Below, piece by piece: positions 1 to 9,856 of a stretch of 64,000 nt of DNA. How positions within the stretch are numbered: position 1 is the first letter of the stretch; each line of letters opens with the position of its first letter. The stretch lies in contig CADCMR010000003.1 in assembly GCA_902802585.1 (NCBI GenBank), positions 42,394 to 106,393 of the forward strand. Direction: 5' to 3'. The DNA is from an uncultured bacterium (GTDB lineage Bacteria > Verrucomicrobiota > Lentisphaeria > Victivallales > UBA1829). Position numbers and translations under genes: made by a program. Under the pieces are notes generated by a model. That model was not told the DNA's origin and searched no databases. It saw only the letters and a list, made by a program, of their open reading frames with translations.

Positions 1-790
1 ACTTGTCGCCCGCGGCGTCCTTCGCGTAGACGTCGTTGCAGAAGATCAGGTCATTTTCCTGCTTGGCGGCGCGGATGGCAGCCTCGTCGACGATGCCGGC
101 GCGGGCGCAGTTCACGAGCATGGCGCCCTTCTTCATGAGACCGAGCAGCTTGGCGTTGATCATGCCGCGGGTCTTGTCATTTTCCGGGATGTGCAGGGAG
201 ACGATGTCGGACTGGGAGAAGACTTCCTCGACCGTGCAGAGCTGGGCGCCGAGGTGGGCGGCGAGATCGGCGGAAAGGACGGGGTCGTAGGCGAGGATCT
301 TCACGTCGAAGCCGGAGAGGCGCTTGATGAGCAGGCGGCCGATGTTGCCGAGACCGAGGATGCCGACGGTCTTGCCGGTCAGTTCGCGGCCCATGAAGCT
401 CTTCTTCTCCCATTTGCCGGCGCGGGTGGACTGGTCGGCGGGGACGAGCTTGCGGTAGGCGGCGAGGATCAGGGCGATGACTTCCTCCGCGACGGCGTTG
501 GAGTTAGCGCCCGGGGTGTTCATGACGTCGATGCCGAGCTTGCGGGCGTGGCGGATGTCGATGTTGTCGAAACCGGCGCCGGCGCGGACGACGAGCTTCA
601 GGTCCTTCAGTCCGTCCATGATCTCGGGCGTGACCTTCTCGCTGCGGACGATGATCGCGGAGGCGTCGGAGTTTTCAGCAGCCAGATCGGCGAGCTGCAC
701 GTCCGGGTTCTGGACCACGGTGAAGCCGTGTTCGCTCAGGATTTTTTCAACGACCTTGTCGAGTTTGGTGGGAATGAGGACTTTTCTCAT
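1..790 (-). CDS. serA: D-3-phosphoglycerate dehydrogenase / D-2-hydroxyacid dehydrogenase (3' end runs off window)
   Basis: Hand translation from ATG at 790: MRKVLIPTKLD...VVRAGAGFDNID...NTPGANSNAVAE...GKTVGILGLGNIG (Rossmann GxGxxG)...SLHIP...LVNCARAGIVDE. Not in the ORF track because the stop lies outside the window. Confidence 0.85.
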   Translation of the reverse strand, partial: MRKVLIPTKLDKVVEKILSEHGFTVVQNPDVQLADLAAENSDASAIIVRSEKVTPEIMDGLKDLKLVVRAGAGFDNIDIRHARKLGIDVMNTPGANSNAVAEEVIALILAAYRKLVPADQSTRAGKWEKKSFMGRELTGKTVGILGLGNIGRLLIKRLSGFDVKILAYDPVLSADLAAHLGAQLCTVEEVFSQSDIVSLHIPENDKTRGMINAKLLGLMKKGAMLVNCARAGIVDEAAIRAAKQENDLIFCNDVYAKDAAGDK

Positions 791-953
791 GGCTGTCTCC
801 TTAATGCGCTTTCACGCACGGTTGCGGTTGTCCAAAAAAACTTGGAGCATATAATATACACCGTGTGCGCGAAACTTTCCACCCGGTTCCGTCAAATAGT
901 ACCGTTTTGGGGCGAAAACGGGCGACGGAAAGGGTGAGGATAAGACAGCGCCG

Positions 954-3422
954 TCAGATTCCCAGGCGGTCCTGCCGCATCAGTTCCGCGTCGCTGAAAT
1001 CCATGTGCGGCGTGTAGCCGTCCAGCGGCAGGATGAGCGTATGAATGGCGTCCAGGATCCAGTCCGGCTGGGGATAATAGCTTTTCTCCAGCTCGGGACA
1101 CGGCGAAATCTCGTTCGGGGCGCCGATCGCGACTGGCGGCGCGTCCAGGTCGTCGAAACAGTACCGCGCGATCCGGGCGGCAAGCGTCTGCGTCCAGGAG
1201 CCGCGTTCGCACGCGTCCGACACGACCAGGATGCGTCCAGTCTTCCGCACGGATTGAGTCACGAGGTCGAAATCGAACGGCACAAGCGACCGTGCATCAA
1301 TGATCTCAGCGGTAAGATGGAATACCTGTTCGAGGCGTTCCGCCGCGCGGATCGCAGGGTAAAGCGCGGGGCCGACCGTCAGGATCGTGAGGTCGTTTCC
1401 GGAACGTTTTATCTCGGGATGTCCGAGCGGGATTTCGTAGTCGGTTTCCGGCACGCCTCCGGCATGGAACATCTCCGGCGTGTCGTACAGGCGCTGGCTT
1501 TCGAAAAAGACGACCGGATCGGTCCCCGCCAGCGCCGCCGCCAGCAGCCCCTTCGCGTCGTACGGAGTCGCCGGATAAACGACTTTCAGCCCGGGGATAT
1601 GCGTGCAGAGTGCGGTCCAGTCCTGCGCGTGCTGGGCGCCATACTTCGCCCCAACGGAAACGCGGAGCACCACGGGCATCCGCAACATACCCGCCGACAT
1701 CGCCTGCCATTTCGACAGCTGGTTGAACACCTCGTCCCCGGCGCATCCGATGAAATCGCTGTACATGAGCTCGATCAGCACATGCCCGCCGCACATCCCG
1801 CATCCGACCGCCGTCCCGACGATCGCCGCCTCGGAGATCGGCGCATTGAAGAGACGGTGGTAGGGCAGAGCCTCCGTCAGACCGGTGTACACTCCGTACG
1901 CGCCGCCCCAGTCACGGTTATCCTCGCCGTAGATGATGAGTCTGTCGTCGGCGTACGCCCTGCACAGCACCGCTTCAAACAGCGCGTCACGCAGCGTGAA
2001 AGCCTTCAATTTGGAGACCGGATTGCCCGCGGCATCCAGATGAAACCTCGTTTTCTCCCTGAGTTTTTTTCTCCTCGCATTCTCCTCAATCGGCTGCGTG
2101 ACGTCGCGCCCGATTTCCGCCGGATGCGCCTCGGTGCGCCCGTTCGAGAAATTGTACTTGCGGAAGGCGTCGGGTTCACGCACGGGATCGGGACGCGGCG
2201 AGACGGACGTATCCGCCGCCAGGCGCGTGAGGCGGGTGACATGATCAACGATCCGGGCGTCCATCGCCTCAAAATCGGAGGATGTGACAAGCCCGGCTTT
2301 TTCAAGGTTATTTCTCATTGCAAGGATCGAATCCGCCTTGCGCCATTCCTCAATCTCCTCCTGCGAACGGTACGAATTCGCGTCCGTGGCGGAGTGCCCC
2401 GCGTAACGGTACGTGATGGTCTCGAGGAAGATCGGACCGCGGTTCGACTCGATGAGCGCGCGCTTCCGGCGGAAGGCGTCGATCACCGCCAGCGGGTTGT
2501 AGCCGTCGACGCGCTCCGCGTGCATGGCATCCGGGTTCACGCCTGCGGCGACACGCGCGGCGCATCCGTAAGCCATCGTTTCGCCCGAGGTCTGCCCGCC
2601 CATGCCGTAGCAGTTGTTGATGCAGTTGAAGATGACCGGCAGTCCGCCGCGGTAGCCGTCTTCCCACAGCAGGTTGAACTGGTCCATGGCGGCGAAATTC
2701 ATCGCCTCCCACACCGGTCCGCGACCAAGCGCGCCGTCTCCGAAGTTGCAAACCACGAGCCCGCCGCTCCTGTTCACTTTCCGGTACAGCGCCGCGCCCG
2801 CCGCGATCGTTGCCGAACCGCCCACGATGGCGTTGTTCGGGTAGATGCCGAACGGCGGGAAGAAGACATGCATGGAGTTGCCGTGTCCGCGGTTAAACCC
2901 GTTCGCGCGTCCAAAGACCTCGCAGATGAAGCCGTAGAGCAGGAAATCCGCCGCAAGTTCGCGAGTGGTTCCGCTTGAGCTGTTTTGCTCCACGACGCGC
3001 AGGATGTCCGGGCGCGACTTCATGATGTCGTTGAGCTCGGTTTCACTCAGCGTCCGGATTGCGCGGAACCCGCGCGCCAGGAATTCACCGTGGCTCCGGT
3101 GCGAGCCGAAAATGATGTCGTCACGGTCAAGCGTGAACGCCATGCCAACCGCCGCGGCCTCCTGTCCGGTGGAGAGGTGCGCCGGTCCGGTGTAGCAGTA
3201 TTCGACGCCGTTGTAGTTTTTGACCGTGCGGACGCCGTAGATCATGGTCTCGACCTCGCGGATGTACCGCATATCAAGGTAGATTTCCTTCAGTTCCTCC
3301 GGCGAATACGATTTTAGTTCTTCCTCGAAGGACCGGCTGTACTGGTTCAGCGGGATCACGGCGGATTCGAGCTGCCCCGCCCGCCTCAGATCAGAGGGAT
3401 GGATGATCTGTGTCTTCGGCAT
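954..3422 (-). CDS. Fused E1 alpha/beta subunit of a TPP-dependent 2-oxoacid/acetoin dehydrogenase complex
   Basis: GPAHLSTGQEA, SHRSHG, TPP motif GDG...NN (GDGALGRG...INNCYGMGG), TYRYAGHS; beta half has GEDNR, NAPISEAAIVG, GAQHAQ and the transketolase C-terminal EIIDARSLVPFD. Confidence 0.9.
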   Translation of the reverse strand: MPKTQIIHPSDLRRAGQLESAVIPLNQYSRSFEEELKSYSPEELKEIYLDMRYIREVETMIYGVRTVKNYNGVEYCYTGPAHLSTGQEAAAVGMAFTLDRDDIIFGSHRSHGEFLARGFRAIRTLSETELNDIMKSRPDILRVVEQNSSSGTTRELAADFLLYGFICEVFGRANGFNRGHGNSMHVFFPPFGIYPNNAIVGGSATIAAGAALYRKVNRSGGLVVCNFGDGALGRGPVWEAMNFAAMDQFNLLWEDGYRGGLPVIFNCINNCYGMGGQTSGETMAYGCAARVAAGVNPDAMHAERVDGYNPLAVIDAFRRKRALIESNRGPIFLETITYRYAGHSATDANSYRSQEEIEEWRKADSILAMRNNLEKAGLVTSSDFEAMDARIVDHVTRLTRLAADTSVSPRPDPVREPDAFRKYNFSNGRTEAHPAEIGRDVTQPIEENARRKKLREKTRFHLDAAGNPVSKLKAFTLRDALFEAVLCRAYADDRLIIYGEDNRDWGGAYGVYTGLTEALPYHRLFNAPISEAAIVGTAVGCGMCGGHVLIELMYSDFIGCAGDEVFNQLSKWQAMSAGMLRMPVVLRVSVGAKYGAQHAQDWTALCTHIPGLKVVYPATPYDAKGLLAAALAGTDPVVFFESQRLYDTPEMFHAGGVPETDYEIPLGHPEIKRSGNDLTILTVGPALYPAIRAAERLEQVFHLTAEIIDARSLVPFDFDLVTQSVRKTGRILVVSDACERGSWTQTLAARIARYCFDDLDAPPVAIGAPNEISPCPELEKSYYPQPDWILDAIHTLILPLDGYTPHMDFSDAELMRQDRLGI

Positions 3423-3437
3423 GGTGTCCGCCTTCGC

Positions 3438-4814
3438 TTAAAGTTCCATCAGCGCCGCGTCGCGCAGGACTTCCGCCACGGTCGGGTGCGGGAACACTGT
3501 TTGCGCGAGTTCAGCGGCGGTCATGCGCTGTGTAATCGCCACCGCCATCGCAGGAATGATCTCCGACGCCGGATTGCCGAGCACGCACGCGCCGAGGATG
3601 TGTTTTTCCCCGTCCAGGATCAGCTTCATGATGCCGTTGCCGCCCTCGTTTTCCGCCTGGTACCGCCCGCTGAACAGCAGCGGCAGCTTGAGCGTCTTCA
3701 CGTTCAGTCCCTTTTCGGCGGCGGTCTCCTCGGTCTCGCCGACGGACGCCGCCTCCGGGTTCGTGTAGATGACCGACGGGATCGCGTCGTAGCGCATTGC
3801 ATCGTCGACGCCTCGGATCACGTTCACGGCAACTTCCGCCTCGCGGTACGCCGTGTGCGCCAGCATGGAGATGCCGTTCACGTCCCCGGCGGCGAATGCG
3901 CCCGGCACGTTCGTCCGCATCTTGTTGTCCGTGCGGATGCCGCCATTCGCGCCGAGTTCGATCCCGAGCGATTCCAGCCCGATTCCCCGCGTGTTCGGCT
4001 TGCGCCCGGCGGCGACCAGGATTCTGTCCGCTTCCAGCTCGAACTCGTCGCCATTTGCCTTCACGCCGCGGACATGCCCCGGCTCAACAGACTGAATCCG
4101 GCTTCCGGTCAGGAACTTGACCCCGCGCACCGTGTAGTTCCGCTGGAGCAGCACCGCGATGTCGCGGTCAACGCGCCCGCCGATGCGGTCGAGCATCTCG
4201 ACGACCGTTACGTCCGCCCCGGCGGAATTGAAATACGACGCCATTTCCAGTCCGATCGCGCCCGCGCCCATCACGACGAGTTTCGAGGGAATTCCGGTCA
4301 TGGAGAGGATTTCCCGGTTCGTGACGGCGAATCCGTCCGCGAGCGCCTCCCTCAGCCCGGGGACCGGCGGAACCGCCGCGGACGATCCGGTCGCGATCAG
4401 CACATTGTTCCCGGCAAACTTCCCGCCGCCCGCCTCAATGACAAACTCGCCCGCTTCATTTTTTCCGGCTAGCACGCCGTTTTCGCGCACGACGTCCGCG
4501 CGGGCTTTCTTCATCTGCATTTCCACGCCCGCGACGAGCTTCTTCACGATCTTGTCCTTGCGCGCCGCCACAAACGCATGGTCAAGCGCCGCCTCCTTCG
4601 TCGTCACGCCGTATTTCTCCGCGCCGCCTTTCGCGTAGTCGTACAACTTCGCCGAATACAGCATCGTCTTGGTCGGGATACACCCTTCGTTGAGGCAGAC
4701 CCCGCCCAGCGTTTTCCCTTCAAATATCGCCGCGCTCAGCCCGAAGTGCCCGGCGCGTTCCGCCGCGCGGAACCCTGCGGGCCCGCCGCCCAGAATCAGT
4801 AAATCGTATGTCAT
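3438..4814 (-). CDS. lpdA: Dihydrolipoyl dehydrogenase (E3)
   Basis: GGGPAG FAD motif, redox disulfide GGVCLNEGCIPTK, GAGAIGLE, AAGDV, C-terminal HPTVAE. Confidence 0.95.
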   Translation of the reverse strand: MTYDLLILGGGPAGFRAAERAGHFGLSAAIFEGKTLGGVCLNEGCIPTKTMLYSAKLYDYAKGGAEKYGVTTKEAALDHAFVAARKDKIVKKLVAGVEMQMKKARADVVRENGVLAGKNEAGEFVIEAGGGKFAGNNVLIATGSSAAVPPVPGLREALADGFAVTNREILSMTGIPSKLVVMGAGAIGLEMASYFNSAGADVTVVEMLDRIGGRVDRDIAVLLQRNYTVRGVKFLTGSRIQSVEPGHVRGVKANGDEFELEADRILVAAGRKPNTRGIGLESLGIELGANGGIRTDNKMRTNVPGAFAAGDVNGISMLAHTAYREAEVAVNVIRGVDDAMRYDAIPSVIYTNPEAASVGETEETAAEKGLNVKTLKLPLLFSGRYQAENEGGNGIMKLILDGEKHILGACVLGNPASEIIPAMAVAITQRMTAAELAQTVFPHPTVAEVLRDAALMEL

Positions 4815-4852
4815 GTCTTATCCTTCGTTTGGAATGGTTGATATCATCGGGT

Positions 4853-6073
4853 CTATCGATTCCCCGCGCCCCGTTCGAGTCGGGACATGAGTTCGTTCAG
4901 GAATTTTGCCGCACAGAGGGAGTCGGCGCCTGCGCGGTCGTATGCGAGTGTCAGGCGGATCGCCGGATACGCCTCAAATCCGCCGTGTCCGTCGTTTCCG
5001 GTCCGTATGGCGGCGGCGCCGATCCCAAGCGCGCACAGTTCCGGCGGCGTCAGTTCCGGCGTAAAGGAATCGATTCCATAACCGCTCAAATCCGCCACGG
5101 TGAACGTCCCATCCTGAAACTCCTGCGGCTTCGAGGCAAACCGTGTGCAGCGTCCGGCCGCGTTGCGCATCAGCACAGCCAGTTCTTCCGGGGTATAATC
5201 CTCCGCACAACGGATCACCGGTTTCAGCGTGCCAAACGGTGTTTCCACGTTCAGGCGGAGATGCACGGTGTTATACGCGTAAACGCGGTCGCCATGTCGG
5301 CGTGAGTTCAGTTCCGGAACCCTGACTAGAAGTTGCGCCAGTTCGTGGCAGACCATCACGCCGGGCGTGAGCCTGTTTTGAGGCGTGCATGACGACAACA
5401 CCTTCCGGGCGTCGAACATACCGCTGACGAATCCGGTCCGGTCCGTCCACGCTGTCCCGATCGGACGAATGCCGACACGGTCGGCAACCGTCAGAGGACG
5501 CCCTGGACAGATGCCGGTTGTCTTCAATTTAAGTCCAGTCAACACCTGGCTTGCGTGGACGGCGTTCAGCACGTCGCGTTCAATGACGCGTCCTTCCGGT
5601 CCGCTCCCCGAACAAATGGAATGCAAGCTCACGCCAAGCTCGTCGACCGCCCTTCTTGCCCTCGGCGAAATCCTCCGCCTTCCATCAGCGTTCTTCCGAA
5701 CGGAAAATCCCACTTTTTCGGGCTCCATGCCGGTTCCATGGGAAATCGTTGTTTCCGTCGCGGTCCGGGACGATTCCATATCAGGCTTTTTCAGGCTGTC
5801 CAGCAGCGCTTCCAGCTCGGATTCGTCGAACGCTTCGGAATCGGTCTCGACGCCGACCGGGCTTCCGACCGCGACTTCCTCGCCTTCTTCGGTCAGGATG
5901 CGCACCAGGAATCCATCCGACTCCGCCTCGTACTGGAACGTCGCCTTGTCGGTTTCGAGGGAGAAGACAGGCTGCCCTTTTCGAAATGGCGCCCCCTCGT
6001 CCAGCAGCCATTTCGACAGGATCGCGCTCTCGTCGGAGACGCCCATCTGAGGCATCCTGATTACGCTCAACAT
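4853..6073 (-). CDS. E2-like dihydrolipoamide acyltransferase (lipoyl domain + E3-binding domain + degenerate catalytic domain)
   Basis: Lipoyl motif ETDKA, peripheral-subunit-binding ISPRARR...GSGPEGRVIERDV, GTFTV; the canonical DHRxxDG reads DRAGADS. Confidence 0.85.
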   Translation of the reverse strand: MLSVIRMPQMGVSDESAILSKWLLDEGAPFRKGQPVFSLETDKATFQYEAESDGFLVRILTEEGEEVAVGSPVGVETDSEAFDESELEALLDSLKKPDMESSRTATETTISHGTGMEPEKVGFSVRKNADGRRRISPRARRAVDELGVSLHSICSGSGPEGRVIERDVLNAVHASQVLTGLKLKTTGICPGRPLTVADRVGIRPIGTAWTDRTGFVSGMFDARKVLSSCTPQNRLTPGVMVCHELAQLLVRVPELNSRRHGDRVYAYNTVHLRLNVETPFGTLKPVIRCAEDYTPEELAVLMRNAAGRCTRFASKPQEFQDGTFTVADLSGYGIDSFTPELTPPELCALGIGAAAIRTGNDGHGGFEAYPAIRLTLAYDRAGADSLCAAKFLNELMSRLERGAGNR

Positions 6074-6100
6074 AGTTGGTCTGCCGGGTCCGGTTTGAAC

Positions 6101-6859
6101 TCAGATCACGTGGACGCCCGCCGCCCGGAAGGCGGCCTTGACCGACTCCGGCGCATTCGAGTCCGTCACGAAGGTGTCGATGTCGGAAAGCTGCGCGAAC
6201 GTGAACGGAAGGATCGAATTCAGTTTCGAGCTGTCCATCATCATGATCACGCGCCGCGCCGACGCGATGATCGCGCGTTTCAGCACGCATTCGTGCTGAC
6301 CGCCGACGGAAAAACCGGTCGCCTCTGTGTACCCGGACGCGCTGACGAACGCCGTGTCGATATTCAGGGTCTTGAGCTGGTCCAGCACGTTGAGACCGCA
6401 GGTCGAAATGGTTTTCCGCTGAAGCGTGCCGCCGAGCAGGATGACCGTCGGGTTCTTCTTTTTGAGCACGATCTCAATCCCGATGTTCGGCGCGGACGTG
6501 GTGATGATCAGGTTACGGTCCGGGAGCTCGCGCGCAAGCATCATCGCGGTCGACCCGGCGTCCAAATACATGCTGATGTCGGTCTCGACCAGCGCCGCCG
6601 CCTTCGCCGCGATTTCCTGTTTCAGGTCGCAGTTGCGCTTTTCGCGTTCGCCGTACATGCCCACGCTCACCTCATAGCTCGTCGGCATGATGCGCGCGCC
6701 GCGTTTCGTGCGGATGAGGAACCGCTTCTGCTCCAGAAACTCCAGGTCGCGGCGGATCGTCATTTCCGACCAGTCGGAAAACTCCCCGGCAAGCTCGGAC
6801 AAAGTCACGTCGCCCTTGCGTTCGATATAGCGTTTGATGGCTTCCTGTCTTTCTTTCAT
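6101..6859 (-). CDS. DeoR/GlpR family transcriptional regulator
   Basis: N-terminal HTH SEMTIRRDLEFLE; sensor domain YLDAGST, LLGG, IDTAFVS, DSSK. Confidence 0.92.
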   Translation of the reverse strand: MKERQEAIKRYIERKGDVTLSELAGEFSDWSEMTIRRDLEFLEQKRFLIRTKRGARIMPTSYEVSVGMYGEREKRNCDLKQEIAAKAAALVETDISMYLDAGSTAMMLARELPDRNLIITTSAPNIGIEIVLKKKNPTVILLGGTLQRKTISTCGLNVLDQLKTLNIDTAFVSASGYTEATGFSVGGQHECVLKRAIIASARRVIMMMDSSKLNSILPFTFAQLSDIDTFVTDSNAPESVKAAFRAAGVHVI

Positions 6860-7011
6860 CGGTCTTGTTCATCCTTGTTTGAACAGGGTTAAGTTCAAGT
6901 TCATTTCGCCTCCGGTGCGGCGGGCCGGTTCGGGACCCGGCCGCGGACAAATCCATGGTCAAGGCGAATCATGCGGCGGATACAGGCAAGAATATCTCAT
7001 ACGTCCAGTTT

Positions 7012-7040
7012 AATGTACCACAGATTGCAAACGAAGTCAA
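7012..7040 (-). promoter_or_regulatory. Sigma70-type promoter for the deoR-E2-E3-E1 operon
   Basis: Minus strand TTGACT-17 bp-TACATT. Confidence 0.6.
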
Positions 7041-7259
7041 TCACCTTATTGAAAAATGTACATATTTCCCTTCGCCGCCTTCCGGCATGGCATCAGCCGG
7101 ACCGCCGTCCACTCGGCAGGCAGTTAGGGTCCGGCTTCGTTTTCGCCTGATAATTGGCAGGAGAACACCCCTCGCGGACCTTTTTTTTCCCGAGAAACCT
7201 GTAGACTTACAATTGTCGATTCCTTTCGTTGTTTCTTTCCGGAAAACATTGAATTATCC

Positions 7260-7288
7260 TTGATTCTGAACGTGGAAAATGGTATAGT
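7260..7288 (+). promoter_or_regulatory. Sigma70-type promoter for the GntR gene
   Basis: TTGATT-17 bp-TATAGT with an extended -10 TG. Confidence 0.65.
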
Positions 7289-7385
7289 ATATCATGTTCC
7301 GCGTTTTCTTATGCCACGTCGTCACCCCTTAAGTGCGGCGCGGTGTTTTTTTCTACGCAGATTTCAGACAGAGGGGTGCCAGCCA

Positions 7386-8434
7386 TGCCATGCCGTTACG
7401 CCAACGCCAAGTATATGACCATCGCGGAGCTTATCACCAGGAGGCTTCGCGCAGGGGAGTTCCAGGGAGAAGAACAATTCTACAGCCGGGACGAGCTGGC
7501 GCGTGCGTACCATATTTCTCCGGGCACGGCGCGCGCCGTGCTGCGCGTGCTGGAAGACCGGGGCGTCATCGCGTGCCGGAAGGGGAAACGGCCGATTCCG
7601 GCGGACGTCATCGCCGACCTCAATTCACCGCCGACCTGCAGACCGGTCTTTTTCCGGGATTCCGTCACCGCGGAGACGCCGGAATACGATTACCTGGCGT
7701 ACTGCATGAGGAATATCCTGATGCCATGCGGAACCAGTTTGCGCGAATACGATTCCGATTCGCCGGAATGCGGAACCTGCGCGGAGTTGTCCGCCGGGGA
7801 CGTCGCGGTCGTGTTTCCTTCGCCGTCCATGGCGAAAGCCGCGCAGAATCATCCCGCGGTCCGGCCGCACGGCGCACGGATCGAACTGATCATCGACCAG
7901 ACGGAATACAACGCGGTGTCCGTGTTCACGCGGAAAGCCGGTCTGGACTGTATGTTGTACCTGATCCGGCACGGCGTCGCCTCCGCCGTCCACGTAATGT
8001 CCAGCCATTCCGCGTTTCCCTGGTTCGGGGATGTCTGCACACCGGGCAAACTGAGGGAATACATCCCGGAATGCGAGACGTCCTCCGTCGTGTTCAACGG
8101 CGAGCTTGAGATGTTCCCGGATTTCCTGGCGGAATCCGTCCCGGCAATCGCCTCGCCGAACCATATGCCCGCCGCGATCCTGATCGACGACCCGTATCTA
8201 TCCGACTACCTTTCCGGCGAAATCCGGGTCGGCATATACTCCCCGCCGTCATGGTGCTCGTTCTTCGGCACGGCGCTGAACGAACGGTCCATGATGTTTC
8301 CGTACCTGGACCTGAAACTGAACGAACTGGCGGCGTCGCTCCTCCGGACGGCCTCGTCAAAAGCGGAGACCCCGGCGGCGGAACTGGCCTGCGACTTCCA
8401 CCTGCTCCAGTTCAGAAATCCGGGGATCGACTGA
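7386..8434 (+). CDS. GntR-family HTH regulator with a divergent C-terminal ligand-binding domain
   Basis: KYMTIAELITRRLRAGEF...SRDELARAYHISPGTARAVLRVLEDRGVIACRKGK is a GntR winged HTH. Start moved from the track's 7343 to the ATG at 7386. Confidence 0.75.
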
Positions 8435-8460
8435 ACCGGAATGCACGGAAAACCAGGATG

Positions 8461-9363
8461 TCAGCCGCGTTTCTTCGCGATGATGCGGTCCTTGAACCGG
8501 AGATCGAGGGAGCGTTCGTCCTCGTGGTTCCGGACCGTGGACTCCAGTTTGGGAAGCAGACGCCCGAAAACGTCGTCGCGGAGCTGTTCCTCGCGGACCC
8601 GGAGCGGGATCAGGATGGTGAAAGCGCCCGGATCGTTCCTGTAGAGAAGGTCGCACTGGATAAAGTCCTGGGAGATGTAGATAAGCTTCGGATGCACGTC
8701 GGTGAACTCCAGGCGCGTGAGGCGGAGGAAGTCGAGCACGGTGCGGATGGAGGAATCGGTGAGGACTTCGCCGCGCTTGAACGGCTCGGCGTCCTGCGAC
8801 ACGCGGACGGCGGACGGCTTGCAGGAAAGCAGGGGGAGCGAGCCGGAAACGTCGAAGTAGGCGGATTTGTCGAGGACGGTCGCGGAATCGTCGATGTAGA
8901 AACCCGTGCCGAGGTTCGCGACCGGGATGCGTTCATGCAGTTCGAAGATCAGCTGGTCGGGCAGAACGCGGCGGATGTCGGCGCGTTCAAGCTCGGGGAT
9001 TTCCGTGCGGAGTTTCGCAGCCATCGCGGCAAGATCGTATTCGTTCTTGCCGGAAAACATCGGGGTAACGCCGGGGCGGATGCGGAGAATCGACAGAATG
9101 CGGTCCATGCGCGCCTGGCGTTCGTCGGGGTCGGCGGGGCTCCAGTAGCCGGAGCTGCCGGCGAGGCGGACGCTGTTCACGACGAGGCGGGGGTTGTTCG
9201 GGAAGAGCATGAGGTAGGCGAGCCACAGGAGGACGCCCAGGATCACGGGAATGCACACGGCGAGGGACAGCCCGATCCAGAACTTGGTCTTTTTGGAGAG
9301 GCCCGGACGGGGAGCGGAGTTCAGATCATCAGAGACTGGCGGAGAAGGTTTCACTGGCGTCAC
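8461..9363 (-). CDS. FtsQ/DivIB-like cell division protein (single TM + POTRA)
   Basis: One TM (FWIGLSLAVCIPVILGVLLWLAYLML), POTRA-like ELERADIRRVLPDQLIFELHERIPVA, C-terminal LDLRFKDRIIAK. Probable GTG start at 9363; the track's upstream extension looks non-coding. Confidence 0.7.
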   Translation of the reverse strand: MTPVKPSPPVSDDLNSAPRPGLSKKTKFWIGLSLAVCIPVILGVLLWLAYLMLFPNNPRLVVNSVRLAGSSGYWSPADPDERQARMDRILSILRIRPGVTPMFSGKNEYDLAAMAAKLRTEIPELERADIRRVLPDQLIFELHERIPVANLGTGFYIDDSATVLDKSAYFDVSGSLPLLSCKPSAVRVSQDAEPFKRGEVLTDSSIRTVLDFLRLTRLEFTDVHPKLIYISQDFIQCDLLYRNDPGAFTILIPLRVREEQLRDDVFGRLLPKLESTVRNHEDERSLDLRFKDRIIAKKRG

Positions 9364-9856
9364 CGGAAAACAGAGGGTTCCAACGAATGAGGATATTTTA
9401 ATATAACGCAAGGATGGAAAAATGCGAACGGAAAAAGGCGAAATCCAACTTTTTTCTGAAAGAACATACAGACACTGCAACGTTCTGTCTGTCCTGTCCG
9501 TACATTTCGTTTCGAAAACCGGCGGAACCGGATGGAAACTGTGCCTCGCGAGCGCACGTACGCCGTATATGCGCCACGCACAGAGCATACGCGCGGACCA
9601 TACGCAAGTTTCAGTTAAAACAAGTTCCTTTTTACTGAAACTTGATGGGGGGAGATTTGGACTATTCATTCACATGCAACCTCATACGAAGGATCCGGCT
9701 ATGGAAACCGTGTCCAAAACAAAAATACGGCGGCGGCTTGAACTAGGAAAAAAAAGCTGTATATTAATGTTAAAGCTGTGTCCGGAGACGGACCGCCGGG
9801 TTTCCGGCGTCGGACGCAAAACGAGAATCAGTCAGCGCAGTGGAGACCCCTCCTGC

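Noticed and set aside
7095-7136. 9-bp hairpin AGCCGGACC/GGTCCGGCT in the deoR-gntR gap as a riboswitch
   Set aside because: No conserved aptamer motifs (TPP, SAM, cobalamin, purine, c-di-GMP) recognised, and it lies outside both predicted transcripts.
9422-9856. 145-aa N-terminal extension of the acyltransferase ORF and the matching extension of the ftsQ ORF (9364-9669)
   Set aside because: The region contains promoter-like hexamers and an inverted repeat, and the two extensions overlap each other; RBS-supported starts lie downstream.
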